DNA of 64,000 nt from Eubacteriales bacterium (lineage in GTDB: Bacteria; Bacillota; Desulfotomaculia; Desulfotomaculales; Nap2-2B), in NCBI GenBank assembly GCA_041653135.1, contig JBAZGB010000004.1:5528-69527 (forward strand). Direction: 5' to 3'. Positions 53,745-63,562 of the stretch are shown piece by piece. The notes under the pieces are model-generated. The model made no database searches and was not told where the DNA came from. It worked only from the letters and a program-made list of their open reading frames with translations. The translations under genes and the position numbers were made by a program. Each line of letters starts with the position of its first letter. Position 1 is the stretch's first letter.

Positions 53745-53794
53745 TTTAGAGTATAACCTTTATCCTAAAAAAAAGCAACTGAACCAAAAAAATT

Positions 53795-53827
53795 TTAAAC
53801 AAAAAACGCCTGGCAAATTTCCAGGCG
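53795..53827 (-). terminator. Rho-independent terminator after rpmF
   Basis: The minus strand reads CGCCTGGAAATTTGCCAGGCG followed by TTTTTTGTTT. Confidence 0.5.
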
Positions 53828-53878
53828 GTGCTAATCAGATTATTCGTCTCGAAGGGGGGTTTAAACCCGGACAGAAAA

Positions 53879-54052
53879 TTAAATCTTGATTACTTCCCGG
53901 GCTTTATAATAGCCACAGGATGGACAAACTCTATGCGATAGAGTAAGCTTATGACAATGCGGGCAACTGATTAGATTGGGAGACTGTATCTTCCAGTTAG
54001 CCTTCCGCTGACGTCCGCGTTGTTTTGAAGATCTTCTTTTAGGGACACCCAA
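53879..54052 (-). CDS. rpmF: 50S ribosomal protein L32 (below the track length cut-off)
   Basis: My own translation from TTG after AGGAGGGGG is (M)GVPKRRSSKQRGRQRKANWKIQSPNLISCPHCHKLTLSHRVCPSCGYYKAREVIKI. Confidence 0.85.
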   Translation of the reverse strand: MGVPKRRSSKQRGRQRKANWKIQSPNLISCPHCHKLTLSHRVCPSCGYYKAREVIKI

Positions 54053-54096
54053 TTTCTATACACCCCCTCCTGTTTTTCTTTATGGTACTTAAAACC

Positions 54097-54621
54097 CTAA
54101 TCTGAAATCTTTTCACCATTCTTGATAAATTTGCGAAGCATGGCCAGCCTCGGGTCCATTTTTTCCTGACTGCAGCCGCATTTCCCGGTGTTAAGGTTTA
54201 TTCCGCAAGACGGGCATAACCCATGGCAATTCTGGTCGCAAAGAACCTTCATTGGCAGTGCCATGATGAGTGATTTTACTACTTCGGGCTCTATATTGAT
54301 AACCTCGTTCTTAAAAGAAATCCACTCATCCTGCAGTAAATTATCCTGGGTTGCGCCGGCAGGGGAATATGTCTCTTTAAAAGGCGCTTCAACAAAAAAA
54401 TCAACCGGGCTCAGGCAGCGGTCACAGGGACGCTGGATAACAGCTTTAACGGTTCCTTCCGCCTCTATTTTTTTATCGGAGCTTGTAAGCTCAATTTCTA
54501 TAAAAACCGGCCCAAGTAAAGGAAGACCTTCTTCGTTGATGTTGGACAAGGCTGCTTCTTCCCGGAAGAGGAGGGTTTCCCCCTGGCTGTCTTTCATTTT
54601 CTCTACGTTTACCTGGATCAT
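54097..54621 (-). CDS. yceD: YceD/DUF177 family protein (large-subunit rRNA accumulation protein)
   Basis: Its position upstream of rpmF supports the call, as does the C-terminal Cys cluster CDQNCHGLCPSCGINLNTGKCGC. Confidence 0.8.
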   Translation of the reverse strand: MIQVNVEKMKDSQGETLLFREEAALSNINEEGLPLLGPVFIEIELTSSDKKIEAEGTVKAVIQRPCDRCLSPVDFFVEAPFKETYSPAGATQDNLLQDEWISFKNEVINIEPEVVKSLIMALPMKVLCDQNCHGLCPSCGINLNTGKCGCSQEKMDPRLAMLRKFIKNGEKISD

Positions 54622-54802
54622 TTTATTGCACTCCGTTGTTTTGGCGAAACCAATTATATAGAAGTATAACCCCTTCTGTCAAGGCAATTATAATAGGGGT
54701 GTCGTTAATCAGCGATAATGTCATGGTATAAGTCATCAGGGAAATGTCATTTTCCTCAAAGAGAAATAATAGGGGCGCCTTTTTAAGCGCCCCTAAATGC
54801 CG

Positions 54803-54988
54803 CTAGTATCCTCTTGCCATGCTGCGTTCAGCTCGCTCGATAGCCAGGCGGACTAAGTTTCCACAGTCCTTTGAGGAAACATTGCCGAAATAGCCGCCAT
54901 CCTTTTGTACAACATCGGCCACACCAAGCTCTTCAGCCAACTCGTACTTCAGCCTGTCGGACATTACGCCTCTTCGCCTTTTACCCAT
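54803..54988 (-). CDS. Alpha/beta-type small acid-soluble spore protein
   Basis: ATG 54988 lies 7 nt after AAGGAGG. The sequence is KYELAEELGVADVVQKDGGYFGNVSSKDCGNLVRLAIERAE. Confidence 0.8.
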   Translation of the reverse strand: MGKRRRGVMSDRLKYELAEELGVADVVQKDGGYFGNVSSKDCGNLVRLAIERAERSMARGY

Positions 54989-55168
54989 GAGCACGCCTCC
55001 TTTTGTTTTAAGGACATCGCGGCAAGGGTAAGAAATTTAATAAAAATCTTTTCTTTTCATTATTAATATCGCCAGATTGAAGATAAATAATGAAAGGTAA
55101 TATTTTCGATAAAAGGGCAATAAAACTTTTTGGATTCAGAAGGGCCAATTGGACAGTGTTTTCAATCC

Positions 55169-55197
55169 TTGACAATTATCCTCAGATAGACTAAAAT
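55169..55197 (+). promoter_or_regulatory. Sigma-A-type promoter for tRNA-Pro
   Basis: TTGACA is followed by 17 nt and then TAAAAT. It ends 11 nt before the tRNA 5' end. Confidence 0.5.
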
Positions 55198-55208
55198 TTT
55201 TTATATAA

Positions 55209-55286
55209 CGGGGCGTAGCTCAGTTTGGCTAGAGCGCTACCTTGGGGTGGTAGAGGTCGCACGTTCAAGTCGTGTCGCTCCGACCA
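55209..55286 (+). tRNA. trnP: tRNA-Pro (anticodon GGG)
   Basis: The sequence is CGGGGCGTAGCTCAGTTTGGCTAGAGCGCTACCTTGGGGTGGTAGAGGTCGCACGTTCAAGTCGTGTCGCTCCGACCA. The acceptor stem pairs CGGGGCG with CGCTCCG, the anticodon loop is TT-GGG-GT, and CCA is encoded. Confidence 0.9.
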
Positions 55287-55303
55287 ACGGAAAACTGTTA
55301 AAA

Positions 55304-55344
55304 AACCCGCAAACCTATATGTGACAGGTTTTGCGGGTTTTTTA
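55304..55344 (+). terminator. Rho-independent terminator after tRNA-Pro
   Basis: AACCCGCAAACCT, a 9-nt loop and AGGTTTTGCGGGTT are followed by TTTTT. Confidence 0.6.
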
Positions 55345-55590
55345 TTGAAATCAGGCTTTATAAGCCTACATGCTGTTAATCATTATAGCAATAATTAGCA
55401 TATATGCATAATGCCGCATATACTTTAAAATAAATTCGCTTAAGGTTTTCGATAGTTAACCATTCAGTTTTTCCTGGGAAATAAAAACCCGCCTGCTGTT
55501 AAACAGATGGGTTTGAGCTTATAAAACAATACTATGCTTTTTTATAGTGGTATTTGATACTGTCACAATTACAGGTATGCACTTAGCAGG

Positions 55591-56910
55591 TTATTCAGTT
55601 TTCTGATCTGCCGGCACAGCATGGCTTACATCAGGAGCTTTAAATAGCTTGCCGAAATCAAATAAATACATTTCGCCTTCCATATACATATCTATTGTCA
55701 TTTCATGGGGAACTTCTTCGCCAGGGGTTTGTTCTGCTTGATCGCTTTCGGTATCAATTCCTAGTTCGGCAATATCAGCAGAAGTGATGCTCATATTTAT
55801 ATGAGCATCAAAGTCAACGAAATCGCTGATCAGTGTCTTTCTATTAATGTAAGCTGTTAAATAATAATCTATGTCCATTTTGTTCATCATCATTTTTAAA
55901 AAGCTGCTCAACTCTTCAGGATCTACTTCGTCTTCTGCAGAAGCCAGGTCTTCTAAAAGAGGATCAAGTATCTCTTGATAATCCTGGAGGAGCTTGTTCA
56001 TATCCAGAGCTGTGTTAACAACAAAGTATTCCTGACCGTCAATGGTCAGGTCATTTCCGAAGTTCGGCAGCAGGCCTATTTCTTTCATCTGGGAGGCGGC
56101 CTTTATCGGGTTGAACTGGATATCCTGCTGCTGCTGCTGGATAAATTCCTTCATAAAGGGTATTTCTATAACAGTCCATTCTTCTCCCGGAGCTTTCATA
56201 TAAATTTTATCTTCTGTCATGTATGCTTCCGTAATTATCGCGTCCTCATTATCAGAATCATCGGCTGTCGCAATACTCGTCTTTGCATAATATTGAAATG
56301 GTTTTATTTTAACCCGGCCTTCTGTTTCAGTTGCCATTTCGGGAAAATAATCTGCGCTTTCACCCTCAAATGACATATCCATGCCCATATACATATCCCC
56401 TGTTAGCGAATAAGTGTTGATATTGCTTTCCATCTGGTTCGATTTGATCAATAAATCCGCAGGCGTCATACCTTCCCTTGTTTCATTTCTCTTCAGAGTG
56501 ACAAGCTGTTCTGCTTCTATCCATTTAACTTCGAACCCGAACGCGCTGCACACAAAACGCAGCGGCAATAAGAGATCATCTACAGTATCAATCGGCGCTG
56601 CAGGCAGCAGAACAGGCTTACTATTGAAGACAGCTTCTTTTTTCCCTGCCGTAACAATCAGGGTGTCGTTGTTTTCCACCAGTTTTAATTCCTCGTCAGA
56701 AAGCCACTCATAATCAACACCGGCTAATTTAACATAGTTATATGCCGGCACAAAGACGGTTCCGTTTTCAAATATAAGGCCGGCAAACGGTACAGGATCG
56801 CCATTCAGCTTTAATCCTACTTTGTCCCCTGCCATTGCTGCTGAAGTCATTATAAGCAACAGCAGTACGGCAATCGCTATAATTATTACCGGGTTTTTTT
56901 TCAAGCGCAA
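55591..56910 (-). CDS. Exported protein with a copper-amine-oxidase-N-terminal-like (stalk) domain and an unknown C-terminal domain
   Basis: The signal is MRLKKNPVIIIAIAVLLLLIMTSAAMAG. The stalk domain is LKLNGDPVPFAGLIFENGTVFVPAYNYVKLAG...LLPLRFVCSAFGFEVKW. Confidence 0.7.
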   Translation of the reverse strand: MRLKKNPVIIIAIAVLLLLIMTSAAMAGDKVGLKLNGDPVPFAGLIFENGTVFVPAYNYVKLAGVDYEWLSDEELKLVENNDTLIVTAGKKEAVFNSKPVLLPAAPIDTVDDLLLPLRFVCSAFGFEVKWIEAEQLVTLKRNETREGMTPADLLIKSNQMESNINTYSLTGDMYMGMDMSFEGESADYFPEMATETEGRVKIKPFQYYAKTSIATADDSDNEDAIITEAYMTEDKIYMKAPGEEWTVIEIPFMKEFIQQQQQDIQFNPIKAASQMKEIGLLPNFGNDLTIDGQEYFVVNTALDMNKLLQDYQEILDPLLEDLASAEDEVDPEELSSFLKMMMNKMDIDYYLTAYINRKTLISDFVDFDAHINMSITSADIAELGIDTESDQAEQTPGEEVPHEMTIDMYMEGEMYLFDFGKLFKAPDVSHAVPADQKTE

Positions 56911-57070
56911 GCACCTCCATAATTTGTTATACTTTGATTATTTCGCCACTTTATGCCAAATACCTCTTTTAATAAATATTTAGTCAATTATGTTAAGAAT
57001 GTTAAAAAAGGATTTGTAATAAGAGACATAGAAAAGTAAAGATAACTAGATAAGGGAGGTTAAATTACCT

Positions 57071-58714
57071 GTGCCGGATAGATTTTATGAAGCGGGAGAA
57101 AGCTACAAATATCCTTTGATTGTTAAAAAACTTCTTGTTAATCCCCTCCTTTATTCGCCTGAACAAGAAATCATCTACCGGGATAAAATTCGATATTCAT
57201 ACCGGATCTTAAACGAAAGGATCAACAGATTGGCTGACGGACTGGGGAAAATGGGAGTCTGTCCGGGTGATACAGTCTGTATTTTTGACTATGACAGCCA
57301 TCGCTACCTGGAATGTTTCTTTGCCGTACCTATGATGGGGGCGGTACTGCATACTATGAACTGGCGTTTATCCCCTGATCAGATTCTATACACGATGAAC
57401 CACGCCGGGGATGATGTTGTCATAATCCACGCTGACTTCCTTCCTTTGCTTGAGTCTGTCCGGAATGAACTCACTGCGGTTAAAAAAATCATTCTGATCC
57501 GGGACGGGGAAAATGTTCCGGAATGTAATGTTAAGGTGGATATTGAATATGAGAATATGCTCCGGCAGGCTTTCCCTGTCTATGACTTTCCGGATTTGGA
57601 CGAGAATACGAAAGCAACCACGTTTTATACGACCGGAACAACAGGGCTCCCCAAGGGTGTTTACTTTTCTCACCGGCAGGTTATTTTGCATACCTTCTCC
57701 CTTGCTGTAACATTGGGCTGCTTTGTATCTTCCATATTTCGCTCCACGGACGTGTACATGCCGCTCACACCAATGTTTCACGCCCATGCCTGGGGCATTC
57801 CCTACCTGGCTACCCTGCTTGGTGTAAAGCAGGTCTATCCGGGAAAGTACGAACCGGGATATATTTTAAACCTGGTTAGAAATGAAAAAGTGACCTTTTC
57901 GCACTGTGTGCCGACAGTAATGCATATGTTGATTAACAATCAGGAGGCGAAAGACAAGGATTTATCAAAGTGGAAGGTCGTCATTGGCGGCGCCGCGCTG
58001 CCCAAGGGCCTTGCAAAAGCAATCGCTTCCCTTGGAATAAAAATTTTTGCCAGTTTCGGGATGTCGGAAGCTTTTCCGGTTGTTACTATATCAAACCTTA
58101 AAGAACACATGCAGCAATGGGATGAAGATGAACAGCTGGATGTCTTAATCAAAACGGGCCTCCCGCTCCCCCTGTATGAATTGGAAATTGCAGATGCATC
58201 AGGAAATATTCTGCCTAAAGACGGGGTAACGTCAGGAGAGTTGATTATGAGGGCGCCCTGGCTTACGGAAAGCTATTTTAAAGAGCCTGATAGAACAAAA
58301 GAACTTTGGCAAGACGGCTGGATGCATGGCGGCGATGTGGCTGCGATAGATCAGGAGGGCTATGTACAGATTACTGACAGGCTTAAAGATGTTATCAAGT
58401 CTGGCGGTGAATGGGTTTCCTCTCTTGAACTGGAGAATTACGCCAGTCAGCATGAATCTGTTTCGGAAGCTGCAGCAATCGGGATTACTGATGAAAAATG
58501 GGGAGAGCGACCCCTGGTCCTGGTGGTTTTGAAACCGGAGTACAAAGGAAAAGTAAAAGAAGAGGATTTGAAGTCCCATTTAAAAGGGTTCGTGGATAGC
58601 GGCATGCTTCCAAGGTACGGCCTGCCCGATCGTGTTAAATTTATCGAAGTGATCCCTAAAACAAGCGTAGGCAAAATAAACAAGGTTGCTTTAAGAGAGC
58701 TGTACGTGAAATAG
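57071..58714 (+). CDS. AMP-dependent acyl-CoA synthetase / fatty-acid-CoA ligase
   Basis: The AMP-binding motif is FYTTGTTGLPKGVYFSH. Other motifs are GDVAAIDQEGYVQITDRLKDVIKSGGEWVSS and PKTSVGKINK. Confidence 0.85.
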   Translation: MPDRFYEAGESYKYPLIVKKLLVNPLLYSPEQEIIYRDKIRYSYRILNERINRLADGLGKMGVCPGDTVCIFDYDSHRYLECFFAVPMMGAVLHTMNWRLSPDQILYTMNHAGDDVVIIHADFLPLLESVRNELTAVKKIILIRDGENVPECNVKVDIEYENMLRQAFPVYDFPDLDENTKATTFYTTGTTGLPKGVYFSHRQVILHTFSLAVTLGCFVSSIFRSTDVYMPLTPMFHAHAWGIPYLATLLGVKQVYPGKYEPGYILNLVRNEKVTFSHCVPTVMHMLINNQEAKDKDLSKWKVVIGGAALPKGLAKAIASLGIKIFASFGMSEAFPVVTISNLKEHMQQWDEDEQLDVLIKTGLPLPLYELEIADASGNILPKDGVTSGELIMRAPWLTESYFKEPDRTKELWQDGWMHGGDVAAIDQEGYVQITDRLKDVIKSGGEWVSSLELENYASQHESVSEAAAIGITDEKWGERPLVLVVLKPEYKGKVKEEDLKSHLKGFVDSGMLPRYGLPDRVKFIEVIPKTSVGKINKVALRELYVK

Positions 58715-58998
58715 TCGTAGGCTTCACTGGTCAAATAAAGGAAAACGAAATTATTCAAAGAATGAGACCCCATTTTCCGGGGTTTTAAAAATGCCTAAGC
58801 GGCTACCTTGGTAAATACCGGACGACACTTGCGTAGCGTTCGATTAAAAATACGCACAGAACCTTAATTAATCTTGCGGTACAAAAAACTTTAGAATTGG
58901 AGGCAAGGGGAGCGCCAATCGGCGAACTCGCCGGCTGGATCAGCGGCTTCAGCTACCGCAAGGGGGTTATGGAGGGAGAATTAAACGCCGTGAATCGT

Positions 58999-59325
58999 AT
59001 GGCCAAAATGTCAGAGGAAGTAATTAAAGCTATCGATCAGTACAAACCTGCACTGGTAGCTACAGCAGATATAAATGGCATGCCAAATGTTTCCATAAAG
59101 GGTTCCCTGCGTGTCTTAGATGATGAGCATGTAGTGTTTGCCATCCTGAAATCTCCTAAAACCCTTAAAAACGTAAAGGAAAATCCGCTTGTATCAGCAA
59201 TTGCTTTTGATACATCTTCCAGAAAAGGTTGGCGTCTTTGGGGCAAGGCTGATATAATAACTTACAGGGGTTATACAATTAATTGTGTAATTGCATTAAA
59301 TGTTATGGAAGCGCTGACCTTCTAG
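58999..59325 (+). CDS. Pyridoxamine-5'-phosphate-oxidase-like FMN-binding split-barrel protein
   Basis: Track ORF 58897..59325. The sequence is ALVATADINGMPNVSIKGSLRVLDDEHVVFAILKSPKTLKNVKENPLVSAIAFD. The start is uncertain (58969, 58999 or 59008). Confidence 0.5.
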   Translation: MAKMSEEVIKAIDQYKPALVATADINGMPNVSIKGSLRVLDDEHVVFAILKSPKTLKNVKENPLVSAIAFDTSSRKGWRLWGKADIITYRGYTINCVIALNVMEALTF

Positions 59326-59398
59326 AAAATTATAAGCAGTTTGATTTCAGGCCCAATTAAATAACCGCAAAATATTTTTTATTACGGAAAAAAATGAG

Positions 59399-60610
59399 TT
59401 GATTACGTTAAAAGAAATTGTTATTACAAGTGCTTGCAGGACTCCAATAGGCAAGTTTGGGGGTGCGCTGAAAAAGTTTACGGCGATGGAACTCGGAGCA
59501 CTGGTTATTAAAGAGGCGCTGGCCAGGGCATGCGTGGAACCTGAAAAAGTCGACTATGTTTTTATGGGGCAGGTGCTGACAGAAGGGTGCGGCCAGGTGC
59601 CAAGCCGGCAGGCATCAATTAATGCAGGCATACCTTCATTAACGCCGTCAATAACTATAAACAAGGTATGTTCTTCAGGTATAAAAGCAATTGACCTGGC
59701 AGTTCAAATGATCCAGACAGGCAGGGCTGATATATGCGTCGCCGGAGGAATGGAAAGCATGTCCAATGTGCCTTACGGCCTTCCCGACATGCGTTGGGGC
59801 ATGAAAATGGCCGTTCCCAGCAAGGATGTTGTTGACCTGATGGTTGTAGATGGCTTGTGGTGTTCTTTTTACAACCGGCATATGGCTGTCCATGGTTCAG
59901 AAGTTGCCCGGGAATTTGGGGTTACTCGCGAAGAACAGGATGATTGGGCTTTCTATTCCCAGACAATGGCCAGCAATGCTATAGCCAAGGGTGCTTTAAG
60001 AGATGAAATTAAGCCCGTAAAACAAAAAGGAACAAAGGGCAAGGCAGTTTTATTTGAAACGGATGAGGGACCCAGGGCTGATACAACTCTGGAAGGGCTT
60101 GCCAAACTGCCCCCTGTTTTTGATCCTGAAGGGACTGTGACAGCCGGCAACGCACCAGGGATCAATGACGGCGCCGGCGCTGTTGTGGTCATGTCCAGTG
60201 AAAAAGCTGTCCAGTTAGGAATTAAGCCCCTGTGTACGATATTAGGGTACACTGAGGTTTCTCAGGATCCCAAATATATTGCTACCGTTCCCGGACTTTC
60301 AATAAAGAAACTTCTTGGCCGGACAGGATATTCTCTTGACGATATGAAGCTTATTGAGATCAATGAGGCTTTTGCAGCCGTTGCTGTAGTGAGCGGCAAA
60401 AAAATTCTGGAGATGTCGGATACGGATATGCGAAACCGGGTAAATGTCAATGGAGGCGCTATAGCATTCGGCCACCCGATAGGAGCGACAGGGGCACGAA
60501 TAGCTATGACAATGGCATACGAGTTAAGACGGCGCGGCGGAGGGGTCGGAATCTGCGGAATATGCAGCGGCGCGGCCCAGGGTGACGCGATGCTGATTAA
60601 GGTGGATTAA
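59399..60610 (+). CDS. Acetyl-CoA acetyltransferase (thiolase II)
   Basis: The sequence includes VITSACRTPIGKFGG, the active-site region NKVCSSG, NEAFAA, and GGAIAFGHPIGATGAR...CSGAAQG. Confidence 0.9.
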   Translation: MITLKEIVITSACRTPIGKFGGALKKFTAMELGALVIKEALARACVEPEKVDYVFMGQVLTEGCGQVPSRQASINAGIPSLTPSITINKVCSSGIKAIDLAVQMIQTGRADICVAGGMESMSNVPYGLPDMRWGMKMAVPSKDVVDLMVVDGLWCSFYNRHMAVHGSEVAREFGVTREEQDDWAFYSQTMASNAIAKGALRDEIKPVKQKGTKGKAVLFETDEGPRADTTLEGLAKLPPVFDPEGTVTAGNAPGINDGAGAVVVMSSEKAVQLGIKPLCTILGYTEVSQDPKYIATVPGLSIKKLLGRTGYSLDDMKLIEINEAFAAVAVVSGKKILEMSDTDMRNRVNVNGGAIAFGHPIGATGARIAMTMAYELRRRGGGVGICGICSGAAQGDAMLIKVD

Positions 60611-60635
60611 AAAGATATAAGCGGGGTAAAAAAAT

Positions 60636-61490
60636 ATGGATATAAAAAAAGTCATGGTTGTTGGAGCCGGTCAGATGGGCGGCGGAATTGCCCAGGTTGC
60701 GGCCCTGGCAGGGTATGACGTAATTGTAAATGATCTGACAACGGAACTGGTGGAAAAAGGCCTTTCTGTAATTGCCAAAAATTTAGACCGGAATGTAAAA
60801 AAGGGAAGGATGAAAGAAGAAGAGGCGCAAGCTGTTTTAAAGCAGCTGAAACCTTCTGTTTTCCTTGAAGATGCTTTTGATTGTCAACTTATAATTGAAG
60901 CTGCTGTAGAGAAAATGGAGATTAAGGGAAAAATATTCAGCGATCTGGATAAAATTGCTCCCGCCAATGCGATCCTGGCAAGCAATACATCTTCCCTTCC
61001 CATTACAAAAATTGCATCCTGTACCAGGCGGCCGGAAAATGTTATCGGCATGCATTTTATGAACCCTGTCCCGGTGATGAAATTGGTCGAAATAATCAGG
61101 GGCCTTGCTACAAAGGATGAGGTTTGCGAAAAAATAAAAGAAATTGCTGCTTTTATGGGTAAGACTCCGGTTGAGTGCAGGGACGTGCCGGGTTTTATTT
61201 CGAACCGTGTTTTACAAGTAATGATCAATGAAGCCATTTGGTCTTTGTACGAGGGAGTGGCTACGGTTGAGGGCATTGATACAATAATGAAGCTGGGCAT
61301 GAACCATCCTATGGGTCCGCTTGCTTTAGCCGACCTTATCGGCCTTGATACAGTTTTGTTTATATTAGAAGTTTTAATGGAAGGTTATGGTGACCCGAAG
61401 TACCGCCCGGCTCCGCTTTTGAGGCAGTATGTAGATGCGGGATGGCTCGGCCGCAAAACCGGGAAGGGTTTTTATAATTATCAATCATGA
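60636..61490 (+). CDS. hbd: 3-hydroxybutyryl-CoA dehydrogenase
   Basis: Motifs are [42 protein letters not shown] and GRKTGKGFY. Confidence 0.9.
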   Translation: MDIKKVMVVGAGQMGGGIAQVAALAGYDVIVNDLTTELVEKGLSVIAKNLDRNVKKGRMKEEEAQAVLKQLKPSVFLEDAFDCQLIIEAAVEKMEIKGKIFSDLDKIAPANAILASNTSSLPITKIASCTRRPENVIGMHFMNPVPVMKLVEIIRGLATKDEVCEKIKEIAAFMGKTPVECRDVPGFISNRVLQVMINEAIWSLYEGVATVEGIDTIMKLGMNHPMGPLALADLIGLDTVLFILEVLMEGYGDPKYRPAPLLRQYVDAGWLGRKTGKGFYNYQS

Positions 61491-61564
61491 TCAAACCATT
61501 TAAAGAGATGGGAGGTTGTTTGAAGATTGATTTGAGGCATTGATGAATGTATCCATGCGATTAG

Positions 61565-61598
61565 AAAAAAACCCTGAGTCTGACAGCTCAGGGTTTTT
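61565..61598. terminator. Bidirectional rho-independent terminator between the convergent hbd and cupin genes
   Basis: AAACCCTGAG, an 8-nt loop and CTCAGGGTTT are flanked by A-runs and T-runs. Confidence 0.55.
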
Positions 61599-61619
61599 AA
61601 GTCGGCTATTTCAGTCCAA

Positions 61620-61937
61620 CTAACCGGAAGTTTGGTTGAATACAACCAGAACATTAAATTCCTCTTCCCCTGCTCTTAAACCGTGGGGAACCTTTTTCAT
61701 GCAGTAAAGTATATCGTTGGCCTCCAGAAGCACTTCCTCATCATTCTCCTGGATATAGCCCTTACCTTTGACCACATAAAAGAAAATATCAACAGGCGCG
61801 TCGTGTTTTTCTACCACTTCTCCCGGTTGTAAAAGCAGGTTCATTATTTTAAAGGACTGGTTTTCAAGAATCTTTTTTGCGGTTACACCCCTGGGTGTTT
61901 TAAATGTCGCAATATCGTTTACCTTAATAACGTTCAT
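61620..61937 (-). CDS. Cupin-domain protein
   Basis: Track ORF runs to 62036. ATG 61937 follows GGGGGG. The sequence is LLLQPGEVVEKHDAPVDIFFYVVKGKGYI...VPHGLRAG. Confidence 0.65.
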   Translation of the reverse strand: MNVIKVNDIATFKTPRGVTAKKILENQSFKIMNLLLQPGEVVEKHDAPVDIFFYVVKGKGYIQENDEEVLLEANDILYCMKKVPHGLRAGEEEFNVLVVFNQTSG

Positions 61938-62055
61938 GGAAGTAAAGCACCCCCCAATTATTTGAGTATAGCTGCCATGTCTGCCTCCGGAGTTGACTCC
62001 TATAATAGAAGTTATAGCAGACAAATTTATCAGCAAATCCAGATAATATTTGCTG

Positions 62056-62229
62056 CTAGCTTTCTAACGTAAAATCCTCTTTGCCTACGCCGCATAAGGG
62101 GCATGTCCAGTCGTCCGGCAGATCTTCAAAAGAAGTGCCGGGCGGTATGCCGTTTTCCGGGTCGCCTTCTTCGGGATTGTAAATATAACCACAAACAACG
62201 CAAACATATTTCGCGTTTTTCAAAACCAA
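62056..62229 (-). CDS. Rubredoxin (below the track length cut-off)
   Basis: My own translation is ...[54 protein letters not shown]. It has two CxxCG knuckles. TTG start is at 62229 or 62223, after AGGAAAGG. Confidence 0.8.
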   Translation of the reverse strand: MVLKNAKYVCVVCGYIYNPEEGDPENGIPPGTSFEDLPDDWTCPLCGVGKEDFTLES

Positions 62230-62304
62230 AACTGCACGACCTTTCCTGATAAAACTGTAAAACCTGATTTTTTAAAACAACTGGTTGTTCGTTAACTCAC
62301 CTCG

Positions 62305-63558
62305 CTAGGAAAGCATATTTGGAAAAATAGAAGTCAGCGCAAGAAGAGTCGTAAGGCCGATCATTATTGCTGTGGTCGACCAGGCAATGATATTATAGAC
62401 CCGAGAATTTACATATTTGCCCATTAGATCAGTATTGTTAACCAGCTGCAGCATAAAAATTAAAATAAAGGGCAGCAGAATTCCGTTGATTATCTGTGAC
62501 CACAGCATTACCAGGATCAGAGAGATTTTTGGGATTAGGATTATACTGGCGCCGACGATTATAAAAATTGTATATAACGAATAAAAAACCGGCGCCTCGG
62601 ACCAGGACTTGTCGATTCCGGCTTCAAACCCGAATGCTTCGCAAACATAATACGAAGTGGACAACGGCAGTATTGAAGCGGCAAAAAGAGAGGCGTTTAA
62701 AAGCCCCAGCGCAAAAAGTACAGAAGCCCATTTCCCCGCCAGAGGCGCCAGGGCCTGTGCCGCGTCCTTGGCCGTTTCAACCTGTACCCCGTGCGTAAAA
62801 AGTGTGGCCGAACAAGCGATTACAATAAATATCGCGACAAGAACGGCCATAAAACTTCCTACTATAACATCCAGTCTGGTATAAGCATATCTTTGCACTG
62901 TTATGCCCTTTTCAACGACAGTCGATTGGATGTAAAACTGCATCCAGGGAGCTATTGTTGTTCCGACCAGTCCGATTAGCATGCCGAGATAGCCGCTTTG
63001 CAGGCTGAAAGTTGGCTTCACTGCTCCTTCAAGTACGGCCCCCCAGTCCGGTTTCGCCAGGGCGCCAGATATAACATAACTTAAGAATAAAACGGAGGCG
63101 AAAAGGAAAACCCTCTCAACGGTCTTGTATGATCCTTTCAGGACAATGCCCCAGACTAAAAGCGCCCCAACGGGAATAGAGATATATTTGCTCAGACCGA
63201 AGAGCTCAGTACTGGCCGCTATTCCGGCAAATTCAGCGACTGTGTTGCCAAGATTGGTAAAGATCAGGCCAATCATCACAAATAGAATAACCCGGACGCC
63301 GTAACGTTCCCTGATTAGATCGGCAAGCCCTTTACCGGTGACTGCGCCCATTCGGGCGCATATTTCCTGAACAACAATCAGGGCAATAGTTATAGGGATA
63401 AATACCCACAGCAGACTGTACCCGAATTGAGCCCCAGCTATTGAATACGTAGTGATTCCACCGGCGTCGTTATCCACATTGGATGTGACGATCCCGGGCC
63501 CAAGTACTGCAATAAATACAAAGAGACTGCGAAAAAAGCCTTTTCGTTTCAATTTCAT
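62305..63558 (-). CDS. NRAMP-related transporter with non-canonical (NRMT/Mg-type) metal-site residues
   Basis: Track ORF runs to 63618. ATG 63558 follows GGGGG and lies 4 nt past the upstream stop. TM1 reads GPGIVTSNVDNDAGGITTYSIAGAQFGYSLLW, so DAGG replaces DPGN. TM6 reads GTTIAPW in place of GATVMPH. Confidence 0.8.
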   Translation of the reverse strand: MKLKRKGFFRSLFVFIAVLGPGIVTSNVDNDAGGITTYSIAGAQFGYSLLWVFIPITIALIVVQEICARMGAVTGKGLADLIRERYGVRVILFVMIGLIFTNLGNTVAEFAGIAASTELFGLSKYISIPVGALLVWGIVLKGSYKTVERVFLFASVLFLSYVISGALAKPDWGAVLEGAVKPTFSLQSGYLGMLIGLVGTTIAPWMQFYIQSTVVEKGITVQRYAYTRLDVIVGSFMAVLVAIFIVIACSATLFTHGVQVETAKDAAQALAPLAGKWASVLFALGLLNASLFAASILPLSTSYYVCEAFGFEAGIDKSWSEAPVFYSLYTIFIIVGASIILIPKISLILVMLWSQIINGILLPFILIFMLQLVNNTDLMGKYVNSRVYNIIAWSTTAIMIGLTTLLALTSIFPNMLS

Positions 63559-63562
63559 TGGC

